Position numbers and translations under genes: made by a program | Notes under the pieces: generated by a model | Databases searched by the model: none | What the model was told of the DNA's origin: nothing | What the model saw: only the letters and a program-made list of their open reading frames with translations | Shown here: in pieces, positions 47,361-61,871 of the stretch | Layout: each line of letters starts with the position of its first letter | How positions within the stretch are numbered: the stretch's first letter is position 1 | DNA from: the human T2T-CHM13v2.0 reference genome, Homo sapiens | Reading direction: 5' to 3' (one strand) | Length of the DNA stretch: 64,000 nucleotides | NCBI RefSeq assembly: GCF_009914755.1 | Contig: NC_060930.1

Positions 47361-50300
47361 TTCTAAAAGCTAGTGAATTGCATTAAAGTGACAGATAGTG
47401 TGACTCAGTTAACACTTATTTGCAGGTAGCTCGTTTAACTGGGTTGAAATATATTTGTGTATCAACCTGAATCTTTTGATTTAGAAAATGATGGCCCATC
47501 ATCTGAGTCATTACTATGACTCCTGTCATTATTTTCTCTTTTTCACAATGAATGTTTTAATCACACATCTGTTATTTGAATGAGCCAATTTAGCAGTGCA
47601 CTACAAAACACATTTTTATTCTGTAAAATAAAACAAAATAAATTGGCATGAAAAAGATGTGATTAGAGGAATACATTTATACATTGTAGGCCAAATGCTG
47701 TGGGTTCTTTTGATGAGGCTTAAAAGAACTTGTTGCTCAATTTTCTTATCATTTTTTCCCCTCATTTAACTGGAAGGAAAACCTCCATTTATGGTGGTGT
47801 TTGCCTTCCCTGGGCTTCAACGTGATCATAAACATAAGAGCAAAGTGGGGACAGCCTGGGACATTTTGCGAGGAGATTGTTATGCAGATTCTTTGGAATT
47901 TAAGCAAATTTAAGCAATTTCAGCATGGCAATCTTTGAGATGAAAGCACAACCTTAAAATTTTTTAAAAGTTTTGTTTTCTCAAAAATATCTTCATAGGC
48001 GTCTATGGTCTTCAGCTGAAAAACCACTGGGCTGGAGGAATGTCTTAGAGATTGGAATTTAATCTGATGCTGAAAGGAATGTGGATGAGCAGAGCAGGCG
48101 CCACTGTAGGGCTTGGCTGTGGAATTCTCAAGCGTGAACGACTCAGTGCTTTGAGTGCCATCCACAATCTGTTGCAGTAATTATGACCTTGGCTCTGTTT
48201 ATTTGGGATTGTGCTTGTTGTGTTGTCACAGATCTCCGGTGTTGTTGCTGAAGCCCAGGCTTAATTTGTATTACTTTAATAAATCTGTAGGTGGGACTCA
48301 GCCTGAACTTTTACTATTTGAGCCCCAACTTACATGTTTCACATAAAAAGAAGAGTATCTACTGATAAGAGTGCCCCGATGTGGGATTGTTGGAAGATAC
48401 TGGCCCATACAAATTTCCTGGCTTCCTTGCCACTGCTGGGTCACCAATACCTGGTGGGGATCTGCACGCAGTTAGTGTTCAAGGAGTCCATGTTGAGTGA
48501 AGAAATGCCATTCACTCTTCTAAGGTCCAGAGAGATGTTTTCAGTGCCTCTGAGGCACAATATAGTTTCAGGTATTTTATAAATATGATCCAATGATTTA
48601 ATGGCATTGAAGAAAAAATGACAAGATGAACTTTTTTAAAATCAATGAATTCTTTTCTTTTTTTCCCCTTCTCTGAGTAAGGGCACTGAACATCTGCACT
48701 TCTATTTTAATAGGCACTTCTCCGTAAGTGTTCTAAACTCTGCTCAGCCTCACCCTCAGCTGGATCTGGTGTCAGTAGCACTCCATGTAGGATGATATTA
48801 GTGAGGAGGCCAATCACCTGGTCGTGTCTGTCCTCTCAGGACATGCCTAAGAGGCTTCTGAAATCTCCTTAGAGCTAACTTGCAAGGTTCCTGCTGGAAC
48901 TCATTACAGGGAAAGAAAAATTTTCATGATGCTTTTTTTGGACAAACTCAGATCAGCTAATGAAAAATGAAAGAGTCAGTCAAGAGGAAGTTGCTGAGGA
49001 GAGAGAGCACCCACGTGAGAACAGGAGAGAATATTTCCTTTAACATAGAACACACTAGGTTTAAAAAAATAGTTCTAGACCTTTCTCTTTGCAGCTATAC
49101 AATTAAATAATAATGAAATAAATGTATGTTCCAAAAAAGTATGGTGTGGAGATGGTAGTATTGCCTAGCTAGCATTTTGAGTATTTTTCCTCTAGTTAGT
49201 GGTGGGTTGCATTGATTCTCTCCATTCTCTCAGGACTGGTCTCCTTTGGGTTTGACAGCATGTTGCCATGGTATCATCAAGATCTGCTTTCCTGCAGATG
49301 GACCTGTAAATAGGCTCAGTATCAGCAAGGGAGTGGAGAGGGGGAAGAATATAATTTAACTACTCTAATTCATGTAATGAGACTCATGAATGTTAGTGAA
49401 GTAATGGTGAAAATATTGGCTAGTTGTATGCAGAGGAATTAAAAATAATCCCCTGATCAAACACTATTCATGCACACTGTACTCACTGTTGTGCTTCTGA
49501 AATATTTTAAATTTATATTTTAAGTGTGGCTTGAACTTTCCAACACCTGATCTAATACTGAAGTTTATCTTAGAGGACTTAGACATTTATCTTCTTCTTA
49601 GATTGCATGTAGTCAGTTGGTGTAGTATTGTTTTTTACAGGACCTCACTTTTAAGATGAAGCAAGCCCTTTTGGAAAGAAAGGTGCTTTCTTTATAGTGG
49701 TTTTCTATGTATCCCAAAGAAGTTTATTGTTATCATTATTCATTATTCTCAGCATTACCTAGCTTTTAAAACTGTTTATTGATTATTGTAATAGATTGCA
49801 TGCCATTTTGGTAACTCTAGGTTTAAAAATTCTACAGATAAAGGCAGCAAAATTCCCCCAAATAATTACCTCTTTAAATAGTTTAATGGAATAATTAATT
49901 CTAATTCTAAGCAGTACTCTTCTTTTTGGGACCCTGTATTCTAAATTTTTAAAATACTCAGTACAAACTTTAAACTTGAATGTATCAAAAAAAAAAAAAT
50001 AGCTGCACCTAAGCATCTCTCTTCCAGACAGGATGAAGCTGTGGAAAGAAGGACCCTTCATGAGGGGCAGAGTGCTGGCAACTTCAGAATGCTTGAAGGG
50101 GAGGAATGAAATATGGCAGAGAGTGAAAATATCAGATTAAAGATACTCTCTATGCCTTAGAATAGTGTTTACCAATATGGTCGGCAAATATGGTTCAATG
50201 AATGTCATCACTCTGCATAGGTTCAGAAGTGGTATGTCACTTATCTTTCCTTTTAAAATCCAAAGCAGGAGCCAGTACCTGGCAGCTGTAATCAACACCA

Positions 50301-50758
50301 GAGACCAAACAAATCTCTGGAAAGTTTTTCATGGGAAATCCAAGAAGCTACATCTGAAGAAAATACTTTGTCTGTGACCAACAAGAGAAGGACAGTTTCT
50401 CTGGTTTCTATTTCTACCAACATTCCATTAGGGTCTAGCGACATCTCTGGAGAAACTTAAGGTTACTTGGATCCCACAAGTGACAGAACAAATGTAGCCA
50501 TCCTTAAAGGTAAAGCAATTCACTCAGAAATATGTGGCCATCTTGTCACTGAGAAGCATCCATGTAGATGGCAAGTGGCCTCACTGGTGTATGTATATGG
50601 GTATTAAGTATGTGTGCATGTATGCACACATGTGTGCTATGGTGTGTGTGTGTATGCACACATACATGCACATATACTTACTATCCATAAGCATTAGGGT
50701 ACTTATGGGTATTAAGTATTAATTGTGTGTTTAAACTCAGAATTTAAACACACAATTT

Positions 50759-51053
50759 GGCCAGGTGCGATGGCTCACACCTATAATCCCAGCACATTGG
50801 GAGGCTAAGGAGGGCGGATCATGAGGTCAGGACTTTGAGATCAGCCTGACCAACATGGTGAAACCCCACCTCTACTAAAAATGCAAAAATTAGCCAGGCA
50901 TGGTGGCACACGCCTGTAATCCCAGCTACTCAGGAGGCTGAGGCAGGAGAATCACTTGAACTGGGGAGGCAGAGGTTGCAATGAGCCGAGATTGCACCAC
51001 TGCACTCCAGCGTGGGTGACAGAGCCAGACTCCTTCTCAAAAACAAACAAAAA
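50759..51053 (+). mobile_element. AluS (Sg-like)
   Basis: Full Alu; imperfect TSD ending ACAATTT on both sides. Confidence 0.92.
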
Positions 51054-51082
51054 TACAATTTAACTAATATTACTGTTGTTTT

Positions 51083-51182
51083 CTCTGGAACCACATACTT
51101 AGAAACTACTAGTGATATGGTTTGGTTGTGTCCTCTGGAACCACATACTTAGAAACTACTAGTGATATGGTTTGGTTGTGTC
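51083..51182. repeat. Perfect 2 x 50-bp tandem duplication
   Basis: 51083-51132 is identical to 51133-51182. Confidence 0.95.
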
Positions 51183-51518
51183 CTCACCCAGATCTCACCT
51201 TGAATTGTAAAAATACCCATGTGTCAAGAACAGCGCCAGGCAGAGGTAATTGAATCACGTGGGTGTTTCCCCCAATACTGTCCTTGTGGTAGTGAATAAG
51301 TCTCATGAGATCTGACAATTTTATAAGTGGGAGTTTCCCTGCACAAGCTCTCTTGCCTGCCACCATGTAAGACGTGACTTTGCTCTTTGTTCACCTTCTG
51401 CCATGATTGTTAGGCCCTCCCAGCCATGTGGAACTGTGAGTCAATTAAACCTCTTTCTTTTATAAACTACCCAGTCTCAAGTATGTCTTTATTAGCAACA
51501 TGAGAACAGACTAATACA
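51163..51518 (+). mobile_element. THE1 (B/C-like) solo LTR
   Basis: TGATATGGTTTGG...CTAATACA; TSD ACTAG before 51163 and at 51519-51523. Confidence 0.92.
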
Positions 51519-51821
51519 ACTAGTTATTTTCAGTGTTCAAAAATGAAATTTTCTTAGTATGATAGTATAATATAGAAAATTTATCTTGTATTGTAACATC
51601 TGATGTGAGGTTATTGATGTTTTCACCACTTATACCCAGAAACATCTTCATTGTCTACCAATTTGCATACATCTGCCTATCATGAGGACGACAAGAGCAG
51701 AACTGGCTCAGGAGACAGTGACTCAGTCTTTGTCTGAAATTAGTTACTGATTGGCTGTGTTTCCTGAACCAGGTACTTAACTGCTCTGGATTTTAGTTTC
51801 TAATTCTTTAAGAGATTTAGA

Positions 51822-52123
51822 GGCTGGGCGCGGTGGCTCACGCCTGTAATCCCAGCACTCTGGGAGGCCGAGGCAGGCAGATTACCTGAGGTCAGGAGTT
51901 CAAGACCAGCCTGGCCAACATGGTGAAACCTTGTCTCTACTAAAAATACAAAAAATAAGCCGGGTGCAGTGGCGCGCGCCTGTAATCCCAGCTACTTGGG
52001 AGGCTGAGGCAGGAGAATTGCTTGAACATGAGAGGCAGAGGTTCGCGGTGAGCCAAGATCACGCCACAGAACTACAGCCTGGGTAACAGAGTGAGACTTT
52101 GTCCCCCTCACCACACAAAAAAA
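51822..52123 (+). mobile_element. AluSx-like, inserted in a MIR remnant
   Basis: Full Alu; TSD AAGA(G/A)ATTTAGA. Confidence 0.92.
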
Positions 52124-53399
52124 GAAATTTAGAGCCATATGATATCTTATTCCTCTTATCATCCTTAGGTTCCATAGGTCATGATAGAATCTCCAGGGAA
52201 TAACGGTCTTTCTCTTAAGTTATGCAAAGCCCTAGAAATGGTAATCATTTATTGGAAAAACATATGAATATAGAAGATATCATCGTACCGAGTTTTATAA
52301 AAACTCTTTAGCAATCTATGCATGGGCTGACTGACATGTTTGCCTTGCCACTATCCTGGTTGTTTTCTCCTTTCACTTAGGAATAAGCTCTGAACATAAG
52401 GATCTATGTAAAAGCTTTTAGGTCTGTTAGGAAAATGCTGACTCAAATTAGCTACAAGGGAGAGAAGAGTGAGAGTCACTTGTAGTTGTTTCTTTCTTAA
52501 ATTCTTAGTGACCAAAAATATGAGAGAGATGGGGAGGTGAGAGAGAGAGAGAGGGAGAAAGAGGCAGAAAGAGAGAAGGGAGCGTGGGAGAAGAGGGAGA
52601 GTATTTGCTGCTGCAATAAAACCAGTTTTTTTGTTCATATAATAATTTTTAAAAACTTTTTGCTCAACTTTTCCTTGAATAAAGTACCTACAGCTACTTT
52701 AAGGATTTTGAGTTGAAGCAGAATTACTCAATGTGGAAAAGGTTAATTTATAACGGAAACTGAAAAAGATCAAGAAAGAGGGATGCATGGGTAGGAGGAG
52801 AGTAAAGGAAACGTAGGAGCTAATTTACTTGGTTTCAGAGATGATAAAATTTTAATGTCAATCAAACCTTGTACATTATTCTTCTTATATTATGTATATT
52901 TAACTTTCTTGAAGTTGACTAGTTTGGAGACAGGCAATGTTATGCTTTGTTGACCAGTTTAAGATGCCATGAACTTTTTTGAAAGCAATTTGGCAGCATG
53001 TATCAATAATTTAAAAAAAATTATACCATTTGATCTAATGATTCTACTTTTAGAAATCTATCCTAAGGGAAAAAACATAAAAAATGAAGAAAAAATAATA
53101 AACAAAAGATGGTTCTTGCTAGGCTATTTTTAATATCAATCTGTCCAAAGTAAAAATATGTTTTTACTTTGTTCCTTTCCAGGCCAGATTCCATAATCTA
53201 TTATTATAATTACTCTCTTGTAAATACTTTCATTCCTCTGTCTACCTTTCTTTTGTGTCTCTCGCCTGGCTAACCCTAACACTGAATAAGCCCAACTCTT
53301 TACTCTCTGTCAATTCCTAATCTTGGCAGAGAGAACCACAATCCAGTGGAATAATAGCACTATCAATTCATGATTATCAACCTCAACCACTATTTATGT

Positions 53400-53830
53400 G
53401 CTTGATATATATGCCAAATTCAGTGACAACTTCTACTCCTTCTCTTAGTGAATCTAAGCACCAACACTCCCTTTTTCATGAAACACCCTGAGGACATTCC
53501 TTTGGCTTCTGTAGCATCATGGTTTCCTTGTTTCCTTCCTGCATTTCTGGAGTCTCCCTTATCTTTTACCTGTCCTTTAAGTTTTGCATTTCTTTAGACC
53601 TCAGTCTTTGAGCTTTTCTTTCTTCACTGTGTTCTCTTGCTTTCAGTGACCGTAGGAATCCCCTTGGCTTTAAATGCAACTTCTATAACACAGATGTCCC
53701 AAATGTATCTCTTCAGCCCAGCCCTTTCTCCACGTCTCAGACTCCAACATCCAAATACCTGTTTGTCAGAGCCACTTGGACCTCCACTGTCATCGCCGGC
53801 TCTTGCTATTCCCTCCAGGTCTGCTCTTCT
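53400..53830 (+). mobile_element. L2 fragment
   Basis: 'cccaaatgtatctcttcagcccagccctttctcc...agactccaacatccaa'. Confidence 0.6.
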
Positions 53831-55099
53831 TTTAGAAAATGCAGATTCCACATAAAGAAATTAACAATGTCCCCTAATATTTTGGTGAATTTCCTATTAG
53901 GTAAATCATAGCTATTTGTGAAGAGAAATACAAATATTAGAAAATAAAATGAACCAACTTAGAATCAAAATCTTCAGAACTTTCTTATCCAAATTCATGA
54001 CTTGGGTGTTTGCAGTTTAAGCTTCTGGCTTAATAAATGCAAATGTTAGAAAATACAAAACATGGAATACTATTAGGAGCTCATAGTGTACCTAATGTAA
54101 TTTGAATATTATTTTTTAAAAAACCACAACACAAATCCTTGCCGGTTTCCTAGGCTTTTACATCTATAATTTAGACAAACAGAACACACAGCAGATATAA
54201 AAATGCTTATTTCTCAGAGGAATGGATTCACAGAAATCCCCATTTGCAGAAATGCACCTGGGATTAGTAGCATTAGTGCAGATATTCCACTTATGTATAT
54301 ATACTTTAAAAACATCCTGAGGCCTACAGGAAAAATAACTGCCTCTATTTCATGTGGTTGTCCTTTGGGAGAAGCAGAGTTGATATGTGAACATTAACAA
54401 GATGCATTCACTTTTGAAAACTAGATCAGCTCAAAATTGTGAGTCATAAACAATTTTCTAGCTCAGTGGTTCTCAGCTTTTGGAAATATGAGAACAACTT
54501 TTTAACATTAAAAAAATTATAGAGATCTCCTTCTCATAAAAACAAAGCAACGCTAAACAAACACCTCACACAAAATCACAGTAGCTTTTATGTGTTCACT
54601 TCTTTCAGTTGAGGAGAGAGACAAAAGTGTTACTATTAATTTGGAATTCTTTAAGAAACTTGTATTCTTTCTCCTTTCTCTTGATTTCCTTCTATATTTG
54701 TGCTTACTTTTTTGTTTATGAACTATATTTTTGATATTAACTTTAAATTATTTGTGGTAAGAGTAAGAAGAAAATTAATTCAGTAATTTTTTTATTGGAT
54801 AAATTATTTTTAAAAAGAATAAGTACTTTATATTTAAACTATTTAAAACTACATATGCACATAGGTTAAGAAATGAGAAATCCCTCTACAGGGATTTTAA
54901 CAAAAAACAGCAACTCACTGGTATCCCTAACCATTCTCCCAAATTTCTACTCCTCTGCAGCATTTTCAACTAATAGAGCTATTCTTAAAAATACATTTTC
55001 TCCATATCTCTATATAGCAGATTTATATTGTTACTTCTTTTGCTACAACTTTATTGTTACTACACTTTTGTAGTTTTAGTCGTAATGTATTGCTTGATA

Positions 55100-56830
<1,731 letters not shown>

Positions 56831-56876
56831 GGCCATCTTTTTATATCAGTATAAGGCCATCTTTTTATATCAGTAT
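56831..56876. repeat. 22-bp perfect tandem duplication GGCCATCTTTTTATATCAGTAT with an AA spacer
   Basis: Directly visible at 56831-56852 and 56855-56876. Confidence 0.9.
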
Positions 56877-57067
56877 CCTTAGGACTTTCCTGGTATGTTT
56901 GTACTCAATTTTCAGTAATGGGGAGGGGAAGTGTCCTCAAATTTGATATGTAAACTTTTACTTAATTCTACCCATGTAATTGCATAGGATGAGTTTTCTT
57001 AGGTTCTTTCAATGTAAAGAGAAGGGAGGGGGGACCTCTGAGCTCTGGGAGAATTGTTATGATCACC

Positions 57068-57410
57068 CTGTAAAAGAAGGAGGGATTCCAATCTAAAGTT
57101 TGGTTCAGATGTTGAGACTGATGATGCCACACACGCAAGAAAAAGCTATGGAAAGGTTTATTACTTACAGAATTGAGGTCTCTAGGAAGAGTAGGGCAGA
57201 CCTCTCAAGCAGATCCTAAATGGCTTGAAAGAGCTAGGAAAGGAGACTGAAATGGGTGTTTATTGCTGTTAGGGGATGATAGCCCAGGTGAAGGTTCACT
57301 TGCAAAGAGGATTGCATGGTTTGAATCTCCCACCAATGCCAAAGCAGGGAGCCCCCGAGCTTATCAGCTTGTGTAGATGTGGGACACAAGAGGAAGAAGG
57401 AAGGTGAAGG
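57068..57410 (-). mobile_element. ERVL LTR fragment, MER76-like
   Basis: 'gagactgatgatgccacacac...aaggtttattactta...aaatggcttgaaagagc'. Confidence 0.5.
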
Positions 57411-57641
57411 TTAATGAAATTAATCCTCATTACAGGAATGCTCTGGACAGAGGGCAGAACATTTAAGAACAGTTTCCACTTTCAGAAAATGTTACAAGGG
57501 GGGATTGTCTTACCCAGGTCTGAGATAGAGAAAGACTTTCATTTGAAAGCTCCAATTTTCCTTTTGTATGGCTAATGATGAGGCCAGGAGTATGTAGGTG
57601 ATTCTACTGCTAGGACAACTTGTTAAATGACCTTTCATATG

Positions 57642-57790
57642 CAGTGGCTCTCAGAGTGTGAGAGATCACCAGCAGCATCAGCAGCTCCAGAGAATTCATT
57701 ACAAATGCAAATTCTCTGGGGATGAGGCCTTACAATATTGGTTTTAACAACCCTTCCCGTGATGCTAATACTGTGCTCAAATGTGAGGAC
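57642..57790. mobile_element. MER5A-family element
   Basis: 'cagtggctctcagagtgtg...accagcagcatcagca...aaatgcaaattct...ttttaacaaccctt'. Confidence 0.7.
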
Positions 57791-58154
57791 TTTAGATGTA
57801 GAGTATGCAAGTTAATCCGAGTCTGGGAAGGAGCTGGAGAACTAAACGGCACAGTATCATGGGCATAATGAAAGAAAAGGACTTTTGAATTTTTTTATTG
57901 GCAGGTAGAAGAGACAGAAAGACAGGTCATGTCCCTGGGAAGAGCAGGTACAGGGGAAGATTCCTGGAGAGAGGAGAGGAGCCCCGCAACATAGCAGGAG
58001 GCTAGGGTCTGAGGAGGAAGAGAGCTGGTGAGAATTTCCAAGAGGTAGGGATGGTTAAAGAGGTCTTAAGATGGTGATGTGTGACACTCTGCTTTATGCT
58101 TTCTATGTTGTAATATTCCTCCCTCAGTCATGAGTGGTCAGTGGAAGTCAATTA

Positions 58155-58455
<301 letters not shown>

Positions 58456-59228
58456 GAAGTCAATTATACACAACTAAGCTGTATGTATTAGACAGGGAGG
58501 AATGAAGGAGAAGAGGTCAAGAAGGAAAAAAAATTACCATTACTCTGTGCAGAGAGAGGATGTCTTTTTAATTTTTTCTTATCAATGCATTCAGTATTCA
58601 CTGACTGACTGACTAAATAAATGAAATGTCTGAGTACTTTTAGATTTATGGAAAGGACTTAGGCCTTTTCCAAAAAAAAAAAAGAAGTAATTTGTTGCCT
58701 TAAGCATATCATGTATTAAAAATAGAAATAAATAATGATTATTATGTATTTTATTTTTTAAAATGCAGATAGCAAAATATGTGAATCCCTTTATATAGAC
58801 TAGCTGTATAAATTATGTATGTAAATTCCTTATAGAGTGTACCACCTATTTCTATAAATGTTTATATAAACTATAGTGTCTACATTTTCTTTGAAAGTTG
58901 TTAAACTCTTATTCCTATAAACAGATGTCTTATAAGCTTTTAGAATACTTTTTCTCATTATTTTAAAAAGTTAAACATTCTTATTAGGGATTATTGGAAA
59001 AGAAAAATAATCCAAATGGAATAATTAAAGTTATTCATAACAATACACCTAGAAATGACAGGAATCATGTAGAGTTGTATAGTTGGAAGGGCCCCTCTGT
59101 GTTAATTACATACCTGTTATTTTACAGAACTCCTTGCCCTCCTAACTTCCAGTTCAGGGTCTTTCCTTCCACACATTTGTTTATTGATTTAGACCAAAAC
59201 ATCAGCATTAATTGTTATCCCTCATCAC

Positions 59229-59585
59229 TGTATTAGTCTATTCTCACATTGCTATAAGGAAATACTCGAGACTGGGTAATTAATAAAGGAAAAAGGTTTA
59301 ATTGACTCACAGTTCTGCACGGCTGGGAAGGCCTCAGGAAACTTACAATCATGGCGGACGGGGAAGAGGCACGTCTTACATGATGACTGGTGAGAGAGAA
59401 TGCACATGTAGGAGAAACTGTGAAACACTTATAAAACCATCAGATCTTGTGAGAGCTCACTATCACAAGAACAGTATGGGGGAAACTGCCCCCATGATCC
59501 CAGGTCCTGCCCTCGACACGTGGGAATTATGGGGATTACAGTTCAAGATGAGATTTGGGTGGGGAGACAGAACCTAACCATATCG
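59229..59585 (-). mobile_element. THE1 (C/D-like) solo LTR
   Basis: Reverse THE1; TSD ATCAC at 59224-59228 and 59586-59590. Confidence 0.9.
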
Positions 59586-59713
59586 ATCACTTTGCATAGT
59601 TCTCCATCATTACCATTGTGGTAGGAAAAAAGGCCCAAACCCCTTCATTGAGGAAGTGATGCTCTTGCACGTGTGACTTTTTTTTTTTTTTTTTTACTAT
59701 GTCTTTCTTGGTA

Positions 59714-60186
59714 CAGATGGCCCCCAACATTTGGTGGTTTGACTCATGATTTTTCAACTTCATGATGGTGTGAAAGTGATATACATTCAATAGAAATGAC
59801 ACTTAAAATTTTGAATTTTGATTTTTTTCCTGGGCTTGTGATAGGCGGAAGGATACTTTTACACAATGCTGGGCAGCAGAAGGGAGCTACCATTCCCAGT
59901 CAACCAGCTGATGATGAGGGTAAACAGTAATTCCATCTTTCACTTTCAGTAAAGTATTCAAAAAATTACATGAGATATTCACACTTTAGTATAAAATAGG
60001 CTTTGTGTTAGATGATTTTGCCCAACTGTAGGCCAATGTAAGTGCTCTGAGCATGTTTAAGGTAGGTCAGGCTAAGCTATGATGTTAGATAGGTTAGGTG
60101 CATTCAATGCATTTTTGACTTATGATATTTTCCACTTAGGATAGACTTATCAGGACATAACCGCACTGTAAGTTGAGGAGCATCTG
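59714..60186. mobile_element. MER47/Tigger5-family DNA transposon
   Basis: Terminal inverted repeats CAGATG...CATCTG flanked by TA. Confidence 0.8.
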
Positions 60187-60189
60187 TAT

Positions 60190-61525
60190 CTGTGGATCTC
60201 ACTCTGTGAATTCATCCACTCTTCTGGCTTCCATGAGCTGAGGATCCTCAACCTATTTTTGAAGCCCAAATTTCTCTTCTGCAATAATTTATTTCCATCT
60301 GTCCTTTTGAGATTTCTTTTTGGATGTTTTTCTGTTTCCCCATAGTCTTTATTTCAAGAATGGAATTCTGGTTTCCTCCAGCATGCTCCAAAAGAGTTCA
60401 GGTCTCCTGACTTAACTATTTGTGTTTGTGTCACTGCCATTGTGGTAGGAAAAGAGACCAAAATCTCTGATGAGATTTATTCTCATCACTCATGTGGTCT
60501 TCCAACTATGTCTCTCATCTCTGATCTGATCTACTGAGGCCCCTTGATTGTTCTTTCATACTAGCATCTGTGCTGATTCTTTTCTGTTTTTTATTGATCC
60601 CCTCACACCTGGATCATTGTGATTGTCTCATGAATGGCCTCCCTACCTTGAGTCTCTCTTCCCCTCCACACTGCACTTCCAAGTGCTGCGGAATTAACCT
60701 TGTAAAAATATTACTCTTACTCTGTAATTAACCTGTCCAGGAACCCCTGGGGGCTTCCTATTGCCCAAAGGGTAAAATCCACAGTCTTTGTCCCGGTGAC
60801 CAGCTCTTCTGCAATGGACTGGCCATCCATCCTTCAACCTCATCTTCTTCTATTTTTCAATGAAAAAAATCTCTGTAACTAGGATGGCCTGCTTCTGGTT
60901 TTTGAATTCTCCTGGCTTATTCTCTCCTTCATGGGAGATTATATTGAATAAGGCTCTCTTCTTCAATTCCTATTCTAGATGCTAACATTGTATTTCTTCT
61001 GAATAACCTTTTCTGATCAACTAACCCACAGATATTTGTTTCTCATTTGAGCTTATAAAGCACTTGTTGTTCCATGAATTGGCTCTTAATCATAGAATAA
61101 TAACACTATTCTCTGAGTAACTACTATGTGCCAGGCATTGTTCTAAGTCTCTCTTAGTTCATTTAATCTCAGTCAATCAGATGAAGTAAGTATAATTATT
61201 ATATCCATTTTGCAGTTGAGAACAGAGGTACAGACAGGTTAAGTAACTGACTCAAGGTCATAGGATGGTAGAACTAGGATTTGAATCAAAACAATCTGGT
61301 TCAGAATCTGCCCTCTTTTCCACCCATACTGCCTCTCAGTCTACACTGCCTTCGATTGTTATTTCACTCTCTGTTTGTGCGTGCCCATTTTTATGTGTGT
61401 TGCCTTCCTAAAGAAAATGAATGCCCCTTGAAGGCAGGAACTATATCTTATATGCATTCTCTAAAAGGCTAAGCAAAGAGCTATGTGCTTAAATAAGCAC
61501 TGAATGTGTGTTTGATTTGAATGGA
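60190..61525 (+). mobile_element. L2 remnants with a nested antisense MIR (~61100-61330)
   Basis: L2-like body and 3' end 'cccttgaaggcaggaactat...cttaaataagcactgaatgtgtgtttgatttgaatgg'; MIR 'ccattttgcagttgagaacagaggtacagacaggttaagtaact'. Confidence 0.6.
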
Positions 61526-61553
61526 TTATGGAACCTTTTTTTTTCTTTCCTGA

Positions 61554-61871
<318 letters not shown>

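Noticed and set aside
48094-48114. Possible CTCF motif (GCAGGCGCCACTGTAGGGC)
   Set aside because: Spacing does not fit the core consensus; too weak without ChIP data.
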